DNA of 32,034 nt from Nitrososphaerota archaeon. GTDB taxonomy: Archaea > Thermoproteota > Nitrososphaeria > Nitrososphaerales > Gagatemarchaeaceae. The first letter of the stretch is position 1. Each line of letters opens with the position of its first letter. A program made the position numbers and the translations under genes. Below, in pieces: positions 8,281-15,741 of the stretch. Location of the stretch: positions 1 through 32,034 of the forward strand of contig JACQFO010000007.1 of the NCBI GenBank assembly GCA_016200025.1. Reading direction: 5' to 3'. The notes beneath the pieces were generated by a model, which ran no database searches, was not told where the DNA came from, and was given only the letters and a program-made list of their open reading frames with translations.

Positions 8281-9411
8281 GTGGTCGAACGGGTAGAAAT
8301 CATAGGAGTCGGGTTCGAGGGCTTCAGGCCGTCGATAACCGACCTCTCGACCAGGGAGCTGATGTACGAGGCGGCTTCGAAGGCGTACCATGACGCCGGG
8401 GTGGACCCGAGGAAAGACATCGGCTCGTTCATTTCATGCACGGAGGACCTCTGGGAGGGCTGGAGCATAGCTGATGAAATGGTCCCCGACCAACTCGGCG
8501 GAGCTGGGAGGCCGGTCTGCACGGTTCCGGCCGACGGGATCGTGGGCCTCGGGCATGCCATCATGCACATCAGGTCCGGCGTCGCGGACGTCGTCGCGGT
8601 CGAAGCCCACAGCAAGGTGGCCGACGTCCTGGACAAGACCGCGGTCGAGAACCTCGCCCTTGACCCAGTATTTCACAGGGCCACGGGGGCGAATTCCGAT
8701 GTTCTCGCAGGGCTGGAAATGAGCTCGTTCATGGAGGAGACCGGGACGAAGAGAGGGGAACTCAGCCAGGTCGTCAGATCCGCGAAGCGCAAGGCCATGC
8801 GCAACGGACGAGCGAGCTACGGCGCTACGCTGGAGTTGGAGGAGATCGACTCTTCCGAGCCCTTGGCGCTGCCTTTGAGAAGGCTGGACAGGCCCGAGTT
8901 CGCAGAGGCTGCAGTCGTGATAGTACTCGCCTCTGGAAGCTGGGCCAAGAGGCACCGCAAGGACGGCGTATTCATCGATGGGCTGTCGTGGCGCTCTGCG
9001 ACCCCATGGTTCGAGGCGGGCGGCGTCAAGACAGCCAGATACATGCAAGACTCCTACCGGTCCGTGATGAAGCAGTCGGGGCTCAGAGACCTTTCCCAGT
9101 TCGACGTCCTCGAGGTCGACGATTCATACTCCTTCAAGCTGGTTCAGCACCTGATGTCGATGGGAGTGAGCAAGGTAGGAGTCATGGGAATGCTGAAGGA
9201 AGGGACGGCGCTCAACCCGAGCGGAGGCTCACTTGGGACCGGGCATTTGATCGAGGCGACCGGGTCGCACAAGGTCCTGGAATGCGTCCTCCAGGTCAGG
9301 GGAACCGCAGGCGGAAATCAGGCGAAAGGCGTCGGCAGGGCCTTCGCCAGTTCTTGGAGAGGCAACCCGACTGGCGCAGGGGCCGCGATAGCCCTCTCGG
9401 TGGGGAATTGA
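8281..9411 (+). CDS. Thiolase-fold protein, SCP-x/archaeal thiolase-like, paralog A (nucleophilic Cys apparently replaced)
   Basis: 376 aa. VEIIGVGFEGFRP...ELMYEAASKAYHDAGVDP... is a thiolase N-terminus. The C-terminal region is NPSGGSLGTGHLIEATGSHKVLECVLQVRGTAG. Hand alignment to the canonical thiolase in this window puts VPADG where VCGSG is expected. Confidence 0.85.
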   Translation: MVERVEIIGVGFEGFRPSITDLSTRELMYEAASKAYHDAGVDPRKDIGSFISCTEDLWEGWSIADEMVPDQLGGAGRPVCTVPADGIVGLGHAIMHIRSGVADVVAVEAHSKVADVLDKTAVENLALDPVFHRATGANSDVLAGLEMSSFMEETGTKRGELSQVVRSAKRKAMRNGRASYGATLELEEIDSSEPLALPLRRLDRPEFAEAAVVIVLASGSWAKRHRKDGVFIDGLSWRSATPWFEAGGVKTARYMQDSYRSVMKQSGLRDLSQFDVLEVDDSYSFKLVQHLMSMGVSKVGVMGMLKEGTALNPSGGSLGTGHLIEATGSHKVLECVLQVRGTAGGNQAKGVGRAFASSWRGNPTGAGAAIALSVGN

Positions 9412-9415
9412 GGGC

Positions 9416-10573
9416 ATGAGAAGAGTCGCGGTGATAGGCGCCGGCATGACCAAGTTCAGAAGGAGGATGCTGGAGACCGGGAGGGAGCTGTCGTTCGAGG
9501 CGAGCAGGATGGCGCTCGACTCGGCCGGCATGGAGATCAAGGACGTGGAGTCCGTGGTGATGGGAACAGCTCCCGACGCCTTCGACGGGATCCACATGAA
9601 GGGAGACTACCTGATGGACGGGGCGGGCGGCACGGACAAACCGTACAGCAGGGTCTACGTGGGCGGCGGGACAGGGGTCTTCGCACCCGTGGCCGGCTGG
9701 TGGCACGTCGCCTCGGGTCTCTTCGACAGCTGCCTGGTGGTCGGGGAGGAGAAGATGTCCCCCCTTCGCCCCCATCCTCAGTACGCCTTCTGGAGCATCT
9801 TCGACCATACACTCGAAAGGCCCCTGGGCGTCACGCTGCTCTGGATCTTCTCGCTTGAGATGAGGCGGTACATGCACGTCCATGGAGTGACGGAGGAGGA
9901 CATCGCGCTGGTGTCTGTCAAGAACAAGGGGAACGCCATGGACCATCCTTGCGCTCAGCTGCCGGCCCGGATAACGGTCGACGACGTGATGAAGAGCGAA
10001 CCCATATGCCTGCCAGTCAAGAGGCTCGACGTCTCGCCCACCTCTGACGGCGCAGCAGCAGTAATGCTGGTCTCCGAGGAAGTGGCGAGGAAGTACACCG
10101 ACGACCCGGTCTGGGTCGACGGAGTTGGTTGGAACGTCGACACCCAGTATTGGACCAACAGGGACCTGTACTACCCGAGGTATGTCGAGAAGGCAGCGAG
10201 GATGGCCTACAAGATGGCGAAGATCGACAACCCCAGGAAACAAATCGACTTCGCCGAGGTCTACGACCCATTCGATTACAAAGAGCTGCATCACCTGGAG
10301 GGAGTCCTCCTGGCTGACAAGGGGGAAGCCCCGAAGCTCACCCGAGAGGGAGTGACCCAGCGCGACGGGGACCTGCCCGTGAACCCGTCGGGCGGCCTCC
10401 TCGGTGTCGGGAACCCGATCGCTGCCGCCGGGACCATGAAGGTCTGCGAGCTCTTCTGGCAGCTCCGAGGCGAGGCCGGCAAGAGGCAGGTGAAGAAGGA
10501 GGTCAACAGAGGGCTCGCCCAGGCCTGGGGCGACCTGCTGCAGGTGGGGACCGTGATAACGATGAGAAGGTAG
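9416..10573 (+). CDS. Thiolase-fold protein, SCP-x/archaeal thiolase-like, paralog B (nucleophilic Cys and C-terminal His apparently replaced)
   Basis: 385 aa. N-terminus MRRVAVIGAGMTKF...; VGGGTGVFAPVAGWWHVASGLFDSCLVVGEEKMS aligns without gaps to VCGSGLKAV...GGMESMS. The C-terminal NPSGGLLGVGNPIAAAGTMKVCELFWQLRGEAGKRQV has GN where GH is expected. The ATG lies 4 nt after the paralog A stop. Confidence 0.85.
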   Translation: MRRVAVIGAGMTKFRRRMLETGRELSFEASRMALDSAGMEIKDVESVVMGTAPDAFDGIHMKGDYLMDGAGGTDKPYSRVYVGGGTGVFAPVAGWWHVASGLFDSCLVVGEEKMSPLRPHPQYAFWSIFDHTLERPLGVTLLWIFSLEMRRYMHVHGVTEEDIALVSVKNKGNAMDHPCAQLPARITVDDVMKSEPICLPVKRLDVSPTSDGAAAVMLVSEEVARKYTDDPVWVDGVGWNVDTQYWTNRDLYYPRYVEKAARMAYKMAKIDNPRKQIDFAEVYDPFDYKELHHLEGVLLADKGEAPKLTREGVTQRDGDLPVNPSGGLLGVGNPIAAAGTMKVCELFWQLRGEAGKRQVKKEVNRGLAQAWGDLLQVGTVITMRR

Positions 10574-10576
10574 GCC

Positions 10577-12547
10577 TTGGCTTCGGATGGCAAGGCTCCG
10601 CTGTGGGAGCCAGACGAGAAGCGGAAAGCGGAGACGAACGTGGCCCGGTTCGCGGAATCCTTGGGGAAGACTGCGCTCGGCGCCTCGGAGTACGACCAGC
10701 TTTGGAGGTGGTCCGTCGAGGACCTCGAAGGCTTCTGGGGAGCGGTCTGGAGCCATCATCGCCTGAAGTCGAGCGCCCCCTACGCGCGGGTCCTCCGAGA
10801 AAGAAAGATGCCGGGCGCAGTCTGGTTCGAGGGAACCCGTCTGAACTATGCGGAGAGGGTCCTGAACGCGGCCGATGGCCCGGGCCCTGCGCTGATGTCG
10901 CTCAATGAAGCTGGAGAAGTCAGGGAGATGAGCTGGCAGGAGCTCAGGAGACAGGTCTCCTCGGTTGCGGCATGGCTCAAAGACGCGGGCGTTGGCAGGG
11001 GGGACAGGGTCGCGGCCTACGCCTCAAACGTGCCTGAGGCGTTGGTCTCCTTCCTGGCGGCCGCCAGCATCGGGGCCGTCTGGTCTAGTTGTTCTTTGGA
11101 CTTTGGGGCGCCGAGCGTGAAAGACAGGTTCAGCCAGATAGCCCCGAAGGTGCTCGTCGCCTCCACCTCCTACTCCTACGGCGGGAGGCTTTTCGAGAGG
11201 GGCGAAGGAGTTGCTGAAGTGGCGGCATCCCTCCCTTCCCTGGAGAGGACCGTAATCCTACCCGGGGGCCGGGCGCCTTCGTCGCTGAAAGGCGCCGCAG
11301 ACTGGGATGAGCTTCTGGGGCGGGGTTCGGCGCAGACCTTCGAGCAGGTCCCTTTCGACCATCCCCTCTGGATCCTCTACTCGTCATGGACGACGGGCCT
11401 CCCAAAGCCCATTGTGCACGGCCACGGGGGCATACTCGTCGAGCACCTCAAGGCCCTCTCACTTCACAACGACGTCCGCCCCTCCGACCGCTTCTTCTGG
11501 TACACGACGACCGGCTGGATGATGTGGAACTATCTGGTCGGAGGACTGTTACTCGGCGCGACCGTGGTGCTCTACGATGGGAGCCCGTCGTATCCGGATG
11601 CGAACGCCCTGTGGACGCTCGCCGAGAGGACCGGGGCCTCTATTCTCGGGACCAGCGCGGCCCACCTGGGCCTCTGCATGAAGGCCGGGGTTTCACCACG
11701 GAGCACCCACAGGCTGAGTGCCCTGAGATGCATAGGTTCCACCGGGTCGCCCCTTTCTCCCGAGGCCTTCTCCTGGGTCTACGCAGAGGCAAAGGACGAC
11801 GTCTGGCTTGCCTCGATAAGCGGAGGCACCGACCTCTGCACAGCGTTCGTCGGAGGCTGTCCTGTGCTCCCGGTCTACGCAGGGGAGATCCAGTGCAGAT
11901 GCCTGGGGGCGAAGGTGGAGGCCTTCGACGAAAAGGGGGCATCTGTAGTCGGGAAGACCGGCGAGCGCGTCCTCACCGAGCCGTTGCCGAGCATGCCGCT
12001 GTACTTCTGGGGCGACCCCGACGGCGCCCGCTACCGGGAAAGCTACTTCGACGACTTCCCTGGCGTCTGGAGGCATGGGGACTGGTTCGAGGTAACGCCC
12101 AGGGGCACCTGCATCATCCATGGGCGATCGGACGCGACGATAAAGAGGATGGGCGTGCGAATCGGAACCGGCGAGATCTACAGGGTCGTCGAGGCACTGC
12201 CGGAGGTGGCTGACTCCCTGGCCGTCGACCTGGGGAGCGGGGGACAAGGCGACGTGCTCCTCTTCGTCTGCCTGAGGCAAGGGGTGAAGATGGACGATGA
12301 CCTAGAACGGAGAATCAAGGAAAAGGTCAGGAGGGACCTTTCCCCAAGGCACGTCCCGGACAGGGTCGTCGAGGCGCCGAGCATACCGAGGACCATCAAC
12401 GGCAAGAAGTTAGAGGTCCCCATCAAGAGGATCCTCCTGGGGGCTGACCCCATGAAGGCGGTCAACATCGGGTCCCTGGCCGACCCCCAATCGGTCGATT
12501 ACTACTCCAGGCTCGCGAAGACGATCGCGGTAGGTGGAAAAGTTTGA
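10577..12547 (+). CDS. Acetoacetate-CoA ligase (acetoacetyl-CoA synthetase family, AMP-forming)
   Basis: 656 aa. The N-terminal region LWEPDEKRKAETNVARFAESLG...YDQLWRWSVEDLEGFWGAVW is typical of AACS. The P-loop reads YSSWTTGLPKPIVHGHGG. The C-terminal region includes IPRTINGKKLEVPIKR. The TTG start lies 3 nt after the TAG of paralog B. Confidence 0.85.
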   Translation: MASDGKAPLWEPDEKRKAETNVARFAESLGKTALGASEYDQLWRWSVEDLEGFWGAVWSHHRLKSSAPYARVLRERKMPGAVWFEGTRLNYAERVLNAADGPGPALMSLNEAGEVREMSWQELRRQVSSVAAWLKDAGVGRGDRVAAYASNVPEALVSFLAAASIGAVWSSCSLDFGAPSVKDRFSQIAPKVLVASTSYSYGGRLFERGEGVAEVAASLPSLERTVILPGGRAPSSLKGAADWDELLGRGSAQTFEQVPFDHPLWILYSSWTTGLPKPIVHGHGGILVEHLKALSLHNDVRPSDRFFWYTTTGWMMWNYLVGGLLLGATVVLYDGSPSYPDANALWTLAERTGASILGTSAAHLGLCMKAGVSPRSTHRLSALRCIGSTGSPLSPEAFSWVYAEAKDDVWLASISGGTDLCTAFVGGCPVLPVYAGEIQCRCLGAKVEAFDEKGASVVGKTGERVLTEPLPSMPLYFWGDPDGARYRESYFDDFPGVWRHGDWFEVTPRGTCIIHGRSDATIKRMGVRIGTGEIYRVVEALPEVADSLAVDLGSGGQGDVLLFVCLRQGVKMDDDLERRIKEKVRRDLSPRHVPDRVVEAPSIPRTINGKKLEVPIKRILLGADPMKAVNIGSLADPQSVDYYSRLAKTIAVGGKV

Positions 12548-12577
12548 AATGCGCAGGCGGGCGGGAGTGAAGCGGGC

Positions 12578-13087
12578 GTGAGCTCCAGGATAAGGAAGTA
12601 CCCGGGCACGGAGATGGACCTCAAGGAGATTGAGGCCGGCAAGTTCCTGTTCTCAAGCTACGAGACTGTCCTAAGGTATTCGTTCACCTCGGGGGTCGCC
12701 ATCAGCAGGTTCCTCGAAGGGCTCAAGGAAGGACAGCTCTGGGCCAGGGAATGCGACAAGTGCGGCCGCATCCTTATCCCACCGCGCATGTACTGCGAGG
12801 AGGACTTTAGGTCGACGGACAGGTGGGTCCGCGTCCGAGACACAGGGAAGGTGAACACGTATTCAATCAGCTACGTCAACAACGACGCCAGCAGAAGGAG
12901 GACTCCGGTGGTGGTCTCTGTCATAGAGATAGACGGCGCCTCAAAGGGGATGGGCATCCTGCACCTCCTCGGCGAGGTGGACCCGCGAAAGGTGACCGTG
13001 GGGATGAAGGTCGAGGCGGTCTGGAAGCCCAAGAAGGAAAGACGCGGCGCGATAACAGACATCGTGTACTTCAGGCCGAGGCGATGA
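12578..13087 (+). CDS. DUF35 family protein (Zn-ribbon + OB-fold), paralog A
   Basis: 169 aa. The rubredoxin-like ribbon is CDKCGRILIPPRMYCEEDF, with the 4th ligand position Asp rather than Cys. An OB-fold-like C-terminal half follows (GKVNTYS...GMKVEAVWKP). GTG start, with GGAGTGA about 8 nt upstream as a possible SD. ATG 12614 is an alternative start. Confidence 0.8.
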   Translation: MSSRIRKYPGTEMDLKEIEAGKFLFSSYETVLRYSFTSGVAISRFLEGLKEGQLWARECDKCGRILIPPRMYCEEDFRSTDRWVRVRDTGKVNTYSISYVNNDASRRRTPVVVSVIEIDGASKGMGILHLLGEVDPRKVTVGMKVEAVWKPKKERRGAITDIVYFRPRR

Positions 13088-13548
13088 GCATGCCGATGAA
13101 AGAAAGGATCACGAGCGTCGACCGCCAAAGGACCTGGGAAGGCGAGATACCCTTCCACTACGAATACACTGCCGGGGTTTCAGGGGAGAGGTTCCTCCGG
13201 GGCCTGCAGCGCGGGAAGATCCTGGTGCCGAAGTGCGGGAACTGCGGCAGGTCATACCTGCCCCCCAGGGCCTACTGCACCAACTGTTTCCTCGAGATCA
13301 CGTCCTACGTTGAATTGAAGCCCACGGGCAGGGTGTCCGCGCTCGCGGAGAGCCATGTGGATTTCCAGGGGAGGCGCTCGAAGCCCAGGACCTTCGCCTT
13401 CGTCACCTTTGCCGGGGTCACCGGGGGCCTCGTCCATTTCGCAGAAGGGAAAGGACTGCGGATAGGGTCGAGCGTCAGGGCGAAGTTCAAGCCAGCAGCC
13501 AAGAGGAAGGGGACGCTGCTCGACATCGAGACCTTCGTGAAGACCTAG
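13084..13548 (+). CDS. DUF35 family protein (Zn-ribbon + OB-fold), paralog B
   Basis: I trimmed track ORF 12823..13548 to ATG 13084, giving MSMPMKERI.... The complete ribbon is CGNCGRSYLPPRAYCTNCF, followed by GRVSALAESHVD...GSSVRAKFKP. The ATG overlaps the TGA of paralog A (ATGA). Confidence 0.8.
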   Translation: MSMPMKERITSVDRQRTWEGEIPFHYEYTAGVSGERFLRGLQRGKILVPKCGNCGRSYLPPRAYCTNCFLEITSYVELKPTGRVSALAESHVDFQGRRSKPRTFAFVTFAGVTGGLVHFAEGKGLRIGSSVRAKFKPAAKRKGTLLDIETFVKT

Positions 13549-13549
13549 G

Positions 13550-14467
13550 TCATCTGCTGACGGGCGTGAGCCACTTTGAGTATCTCTTGGCTTTGCCGTG
13601 GACTATCGAATCGTACAGCTTCCTTATCTTGTCCGTAATCGGGAAGCCGTTGTACCCCACCTTCCTCCCGTCCACTTCGCGGATCTTGGCGATGCCGACC
13701 GCGGTCCCGCTGAAGAAGAGCTCGTCCGACGTGTAGAGCTCTTCCTTAGTGGAATCGTTCCTGTAGAACTTGATCTTGAGGTCCTGGGCCACCTGGATCA
13801 CCGTGTCCCTCGTTATCCCCCTCAGGATGCCGGAGCTGGCCGGTGGGGTGCTCAGGATGTCGTCCTTCACCCTGAAGATGTTCTCCCCTGGGCCCTCGGC
13901 CACCATGCCGTGGCTGTTCAGCATTATCGCCTCGTCGTATCCGGCCGCGAGCGCTTCCATCTTCGCGAGCGCAGAGTTCGCGTAGTTGGCTGCGCACTTC
14001 GCCTGGATCGGGAGGGCACGGGAATCGATCCTTACCCAGCTGGAGATGGTCGCGCGGACCCCGCCGTCGAGGGCCTTCTGCCCAAGGTAGGGGCCCCACT
14101 CCCATGAAGCGATCGCCACCGCGATCTTGTTCTTGAGCGGGTTGAGCCCCATCTCGCCGTAGCCCGTGTAGGCTATGGGTCGGATGTAACAACTCTTGAC
14201 GCCGTTCTTTCTGACCAGTTCGAGGCACGCCTGGGTCAGCTCTTTGGCAGAGAACCGAAGGTCCATCCTGTAGATCTTCGCGCTGTTCAGGAACCTCTCG
14301 ATGTGCTCCTTGAGCCTGAAGACCGCGGGTCCTTCGGTAGTGGGGAAGCACCTAATCCCTTCGAAGACAGCGTACCCGTAGTGAAGGGCGTGGGTGAGGA
14401 TATGGACCTTCGCCTCATCCCAGTCCACCAGCTTGCCGTCCATCCAAATCTTGGAGAGGGACTTCAA
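13550..14467 (-). CDS. ilvE: Branched-chain amino acid aminotransferase
   Basis: KIWMDGKLVDWDEAKVHILTHALHYGYAVFEGIRCF, ...EEGPGENIF and ...LFFSGTAVGIAKIREVDGR are typical class IV aminotransferase / IlvE motifs. The track ORF starts at TTG 14563, upstream of the TATA element. I prefer TTG 14467 (MKSLSKIWMDG...), with ATG 14443 as an alternative. Confidence 0.88.
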   Translation of the reverse strand: MKSLSKIWMDGKLVDWDEAKVHILTHALHYGYAVFEGIRCFPTTEGPAVFRLKEHIERFLNSAKIYRMDLRFSAKELTQACLELVRKNGVKSCYIRPIAYTGYGEMGLNPLKNKIAVAIASWEWGPYLGQKALDGGVRATISSWVRIDSRALPIQAKCAANYANSALAKMEALAAGYDEAIMLNSHGMVAEGPGENIFRVKDDILSTPPASSGILRGITRDTVIQVAQDLKIKFYRNDSTKEELYTSDELFFSGTAVGIAKIREVDGRKVGYNGFPITDKIRKLYDSIVHGKAKRYSKWLTPVSR

Positions 14468-14530
14468 CAGGTGAGATTCGGGCGAATGGACATGGTATTT
14501 AGGGATACCACTTCGCCGCGCATCGAGCCG

Positions 14531-14538
14531 TTTATTAT
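14531..14538. promoter_or_regulatory. Candidate shared/bidirectional TATA box (TTTATTAT) between ilvE and the thiolase gene
   Basis: It is the only A/T-rich element in the divergent spacer. Its centre is about 28 nt upstream of thiolase ATG 14563, which implies a leaderless mRNA. The same element read on the minus strand (ATAATAAA) lies upstream of ilvE. Confidence 0.5.
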
Positions 14539-14562
14539 CGCCAGTTGTCGACGCCCGGGACA

Positions 14563-15741
14563 ATGCCCGACCCGGTCATCATTTCAGCCTGCAGGACCGC
14601 CATCGGCAAGTTCGGCAAGAGCCTCCTCGGGGTCAGCGCACCCAAGCTCGGGTCCGTAGTCGTAAAGGAGGCCCTGCGCAGGGCGAAGGTTCCCCCCTCC
14701 GACGTGGACGAGCTGCTCTTTGGCAACGTAGTCTCGGCGGGGCTCGGGCAGAATCCGGCGCGCCAGGTTTCGATACAAGCAGGCATTCCTTTCAACGTGG
14801 GTTCTGTCACGATAAACAAAGTCTGCGGGTCGGGCCTCAAAGCGGTAATGCTCGCCGCCCAGTCGATCAAGGCCGGGGACAACGAGATAGTCGTCGCCGG
14901 CGGAATGGAGAGCATGAGCAACGCACCCTACCTGGTAAAGGGGGCTCGATGGGGGATCAAGTTCGGGGACGCGAGGCTCCTCGACGCCATGATAGTCGAC
15001 GGTCTCTGGGACGCGTACCACGGATACCACATGGGGGTCACTGGGGAGATGGTCGCCAAGAAATTCAAGATAAGCAGGAAAGAGGCCGACGAGTTCGCGT
15101 ATTCCAGCCACACCAAGGCCGCCCGCGCATCCAAAGAGGGCGCCTTCGACGATGAAATCGTGAAGGTCGAGATCGAAAGAGAGGACGGGGAGACTCACGA
15201 ATTCGGAACCGACGAATGCGTTCGAGGGGACACCACCATGGAGAAGCTTTCGAAGCTCAAGCCGGTCTTCAAGTCGGGGGGCATCCTCACCGCGGGCAAC
15301 TCTTCACAGCTCAGCGACGGCGCGTCCGCCCTCGTCGTCGCCTCCCAGGAGGCAGCTGACAGAATCGGGGCGAAGCCCATCGCCAGGATAAGGTCCTACG
15401 GAACCGGCGGCCTGGAGCCATCGAGGGTGATGGAGGCCCCGATCCCCGCGACCCGGGCGCTCCTGAAGGCCACCAAGATTACGGTCGACGACCTGGACCT
15501 CTTCGAGCACAACGAAGCCTACTCGACCGCTTCCATCGCGGTCAGACGGGCTCTGGGCGTGGACGAAGCCAAGTTCAACGTGAGCGGCGGCGCGGTTGCT
15601 CTCGGGCATCCCATCGGCTGCAGCGGAGCGAGGGTCCTGACGACCCTGATCTACGGCCTCAAGAGGACCCGGGGGAGGACGGGCCTGGCGACCCTTTGCC
15701 TGGGCGGAGGCAACGCAGTCTCCATGGTCATCGAGAGGTAG
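14563..15741 (+). CDS. Acetyl-CoA C-acetyltransferase (canonical thiolase II)
   Basis: MPDPVIISACRTAIGKFG...; nucleophile motif INKVCGSGLKAV; NEAYS; GGAVALGHPIGCSGARV; C-terminal CLGGGNAVSMVIER. All canonical catalytic residues are present. The track ORF starts at TTG 14545; I prefer ATG 14563. Confidence 0.93.
   Translation: MPDPVIISACRTAIGKFGKSLLGVSAPKLGSVVVKEALRRAKVPPSDVDELLFGNVVSAGLGQNPARQVSIQAGIPFNVGSVTINKVCGSGLKAVMLAAQSIKAGDNEIVVAGGMESMSNAPYLVKGARWGIKFGDARLLDAMIVDGLWDAYHGYHMGVTGEMVAKKFKISRKEADEFAYSSHTKAARASKEGAFDDEIVKVEIEREDGETHEFGTDECVRGDTTMEKLSKLKPVFKSGGILTAGNSSQLSDGASALVVASQEAADRIGAKPIARIRSYGTGGLEPSRVMEAPIPATRALLKATKITVDDLDLFEHNEAYSTASIAVRRALGVDEAKFNVSGGAVALGHPIGCSGARVLTTLIYGLKRTRGRTGLATLCLGGGNAVSMVIER

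Noticed and set aside
6949-8296. Alternative-frame ORFs 6949..7728 and 7634..8296 (259 and 220 aa) over the prenyltransferase and CPBP genes
   Set aside because: Their R/P/G-rich translations contrast with the clean polytopic membrane proteins, carrying Asp-rich and CPBP motifs, encoded in the chosen frames.
9296-10759. 487-aa ORF antisense to thiolase-like paralog B, the longest unexplained ORF in the track
   Set aside because: It is antisense to a gene with strong family motifs. Its product is R/P/H/G-rich with no domain signature, and it has no promoter-like element. It is a GC-driven shadow ORF.
11386-12213. 275-aa alternative-frame ORF inside the acetoacetate-CoA ligase gene. Similar ORFs are 16074..16976 and 16362..16925 inside the FadD-like gene, 13746..14351 inside ilvE, and 22029..22652 inside ino1.
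   Set aside because: All have arginine/proline-rich nonsense-like products and overlap frames with unambiguous enzyme motifs.
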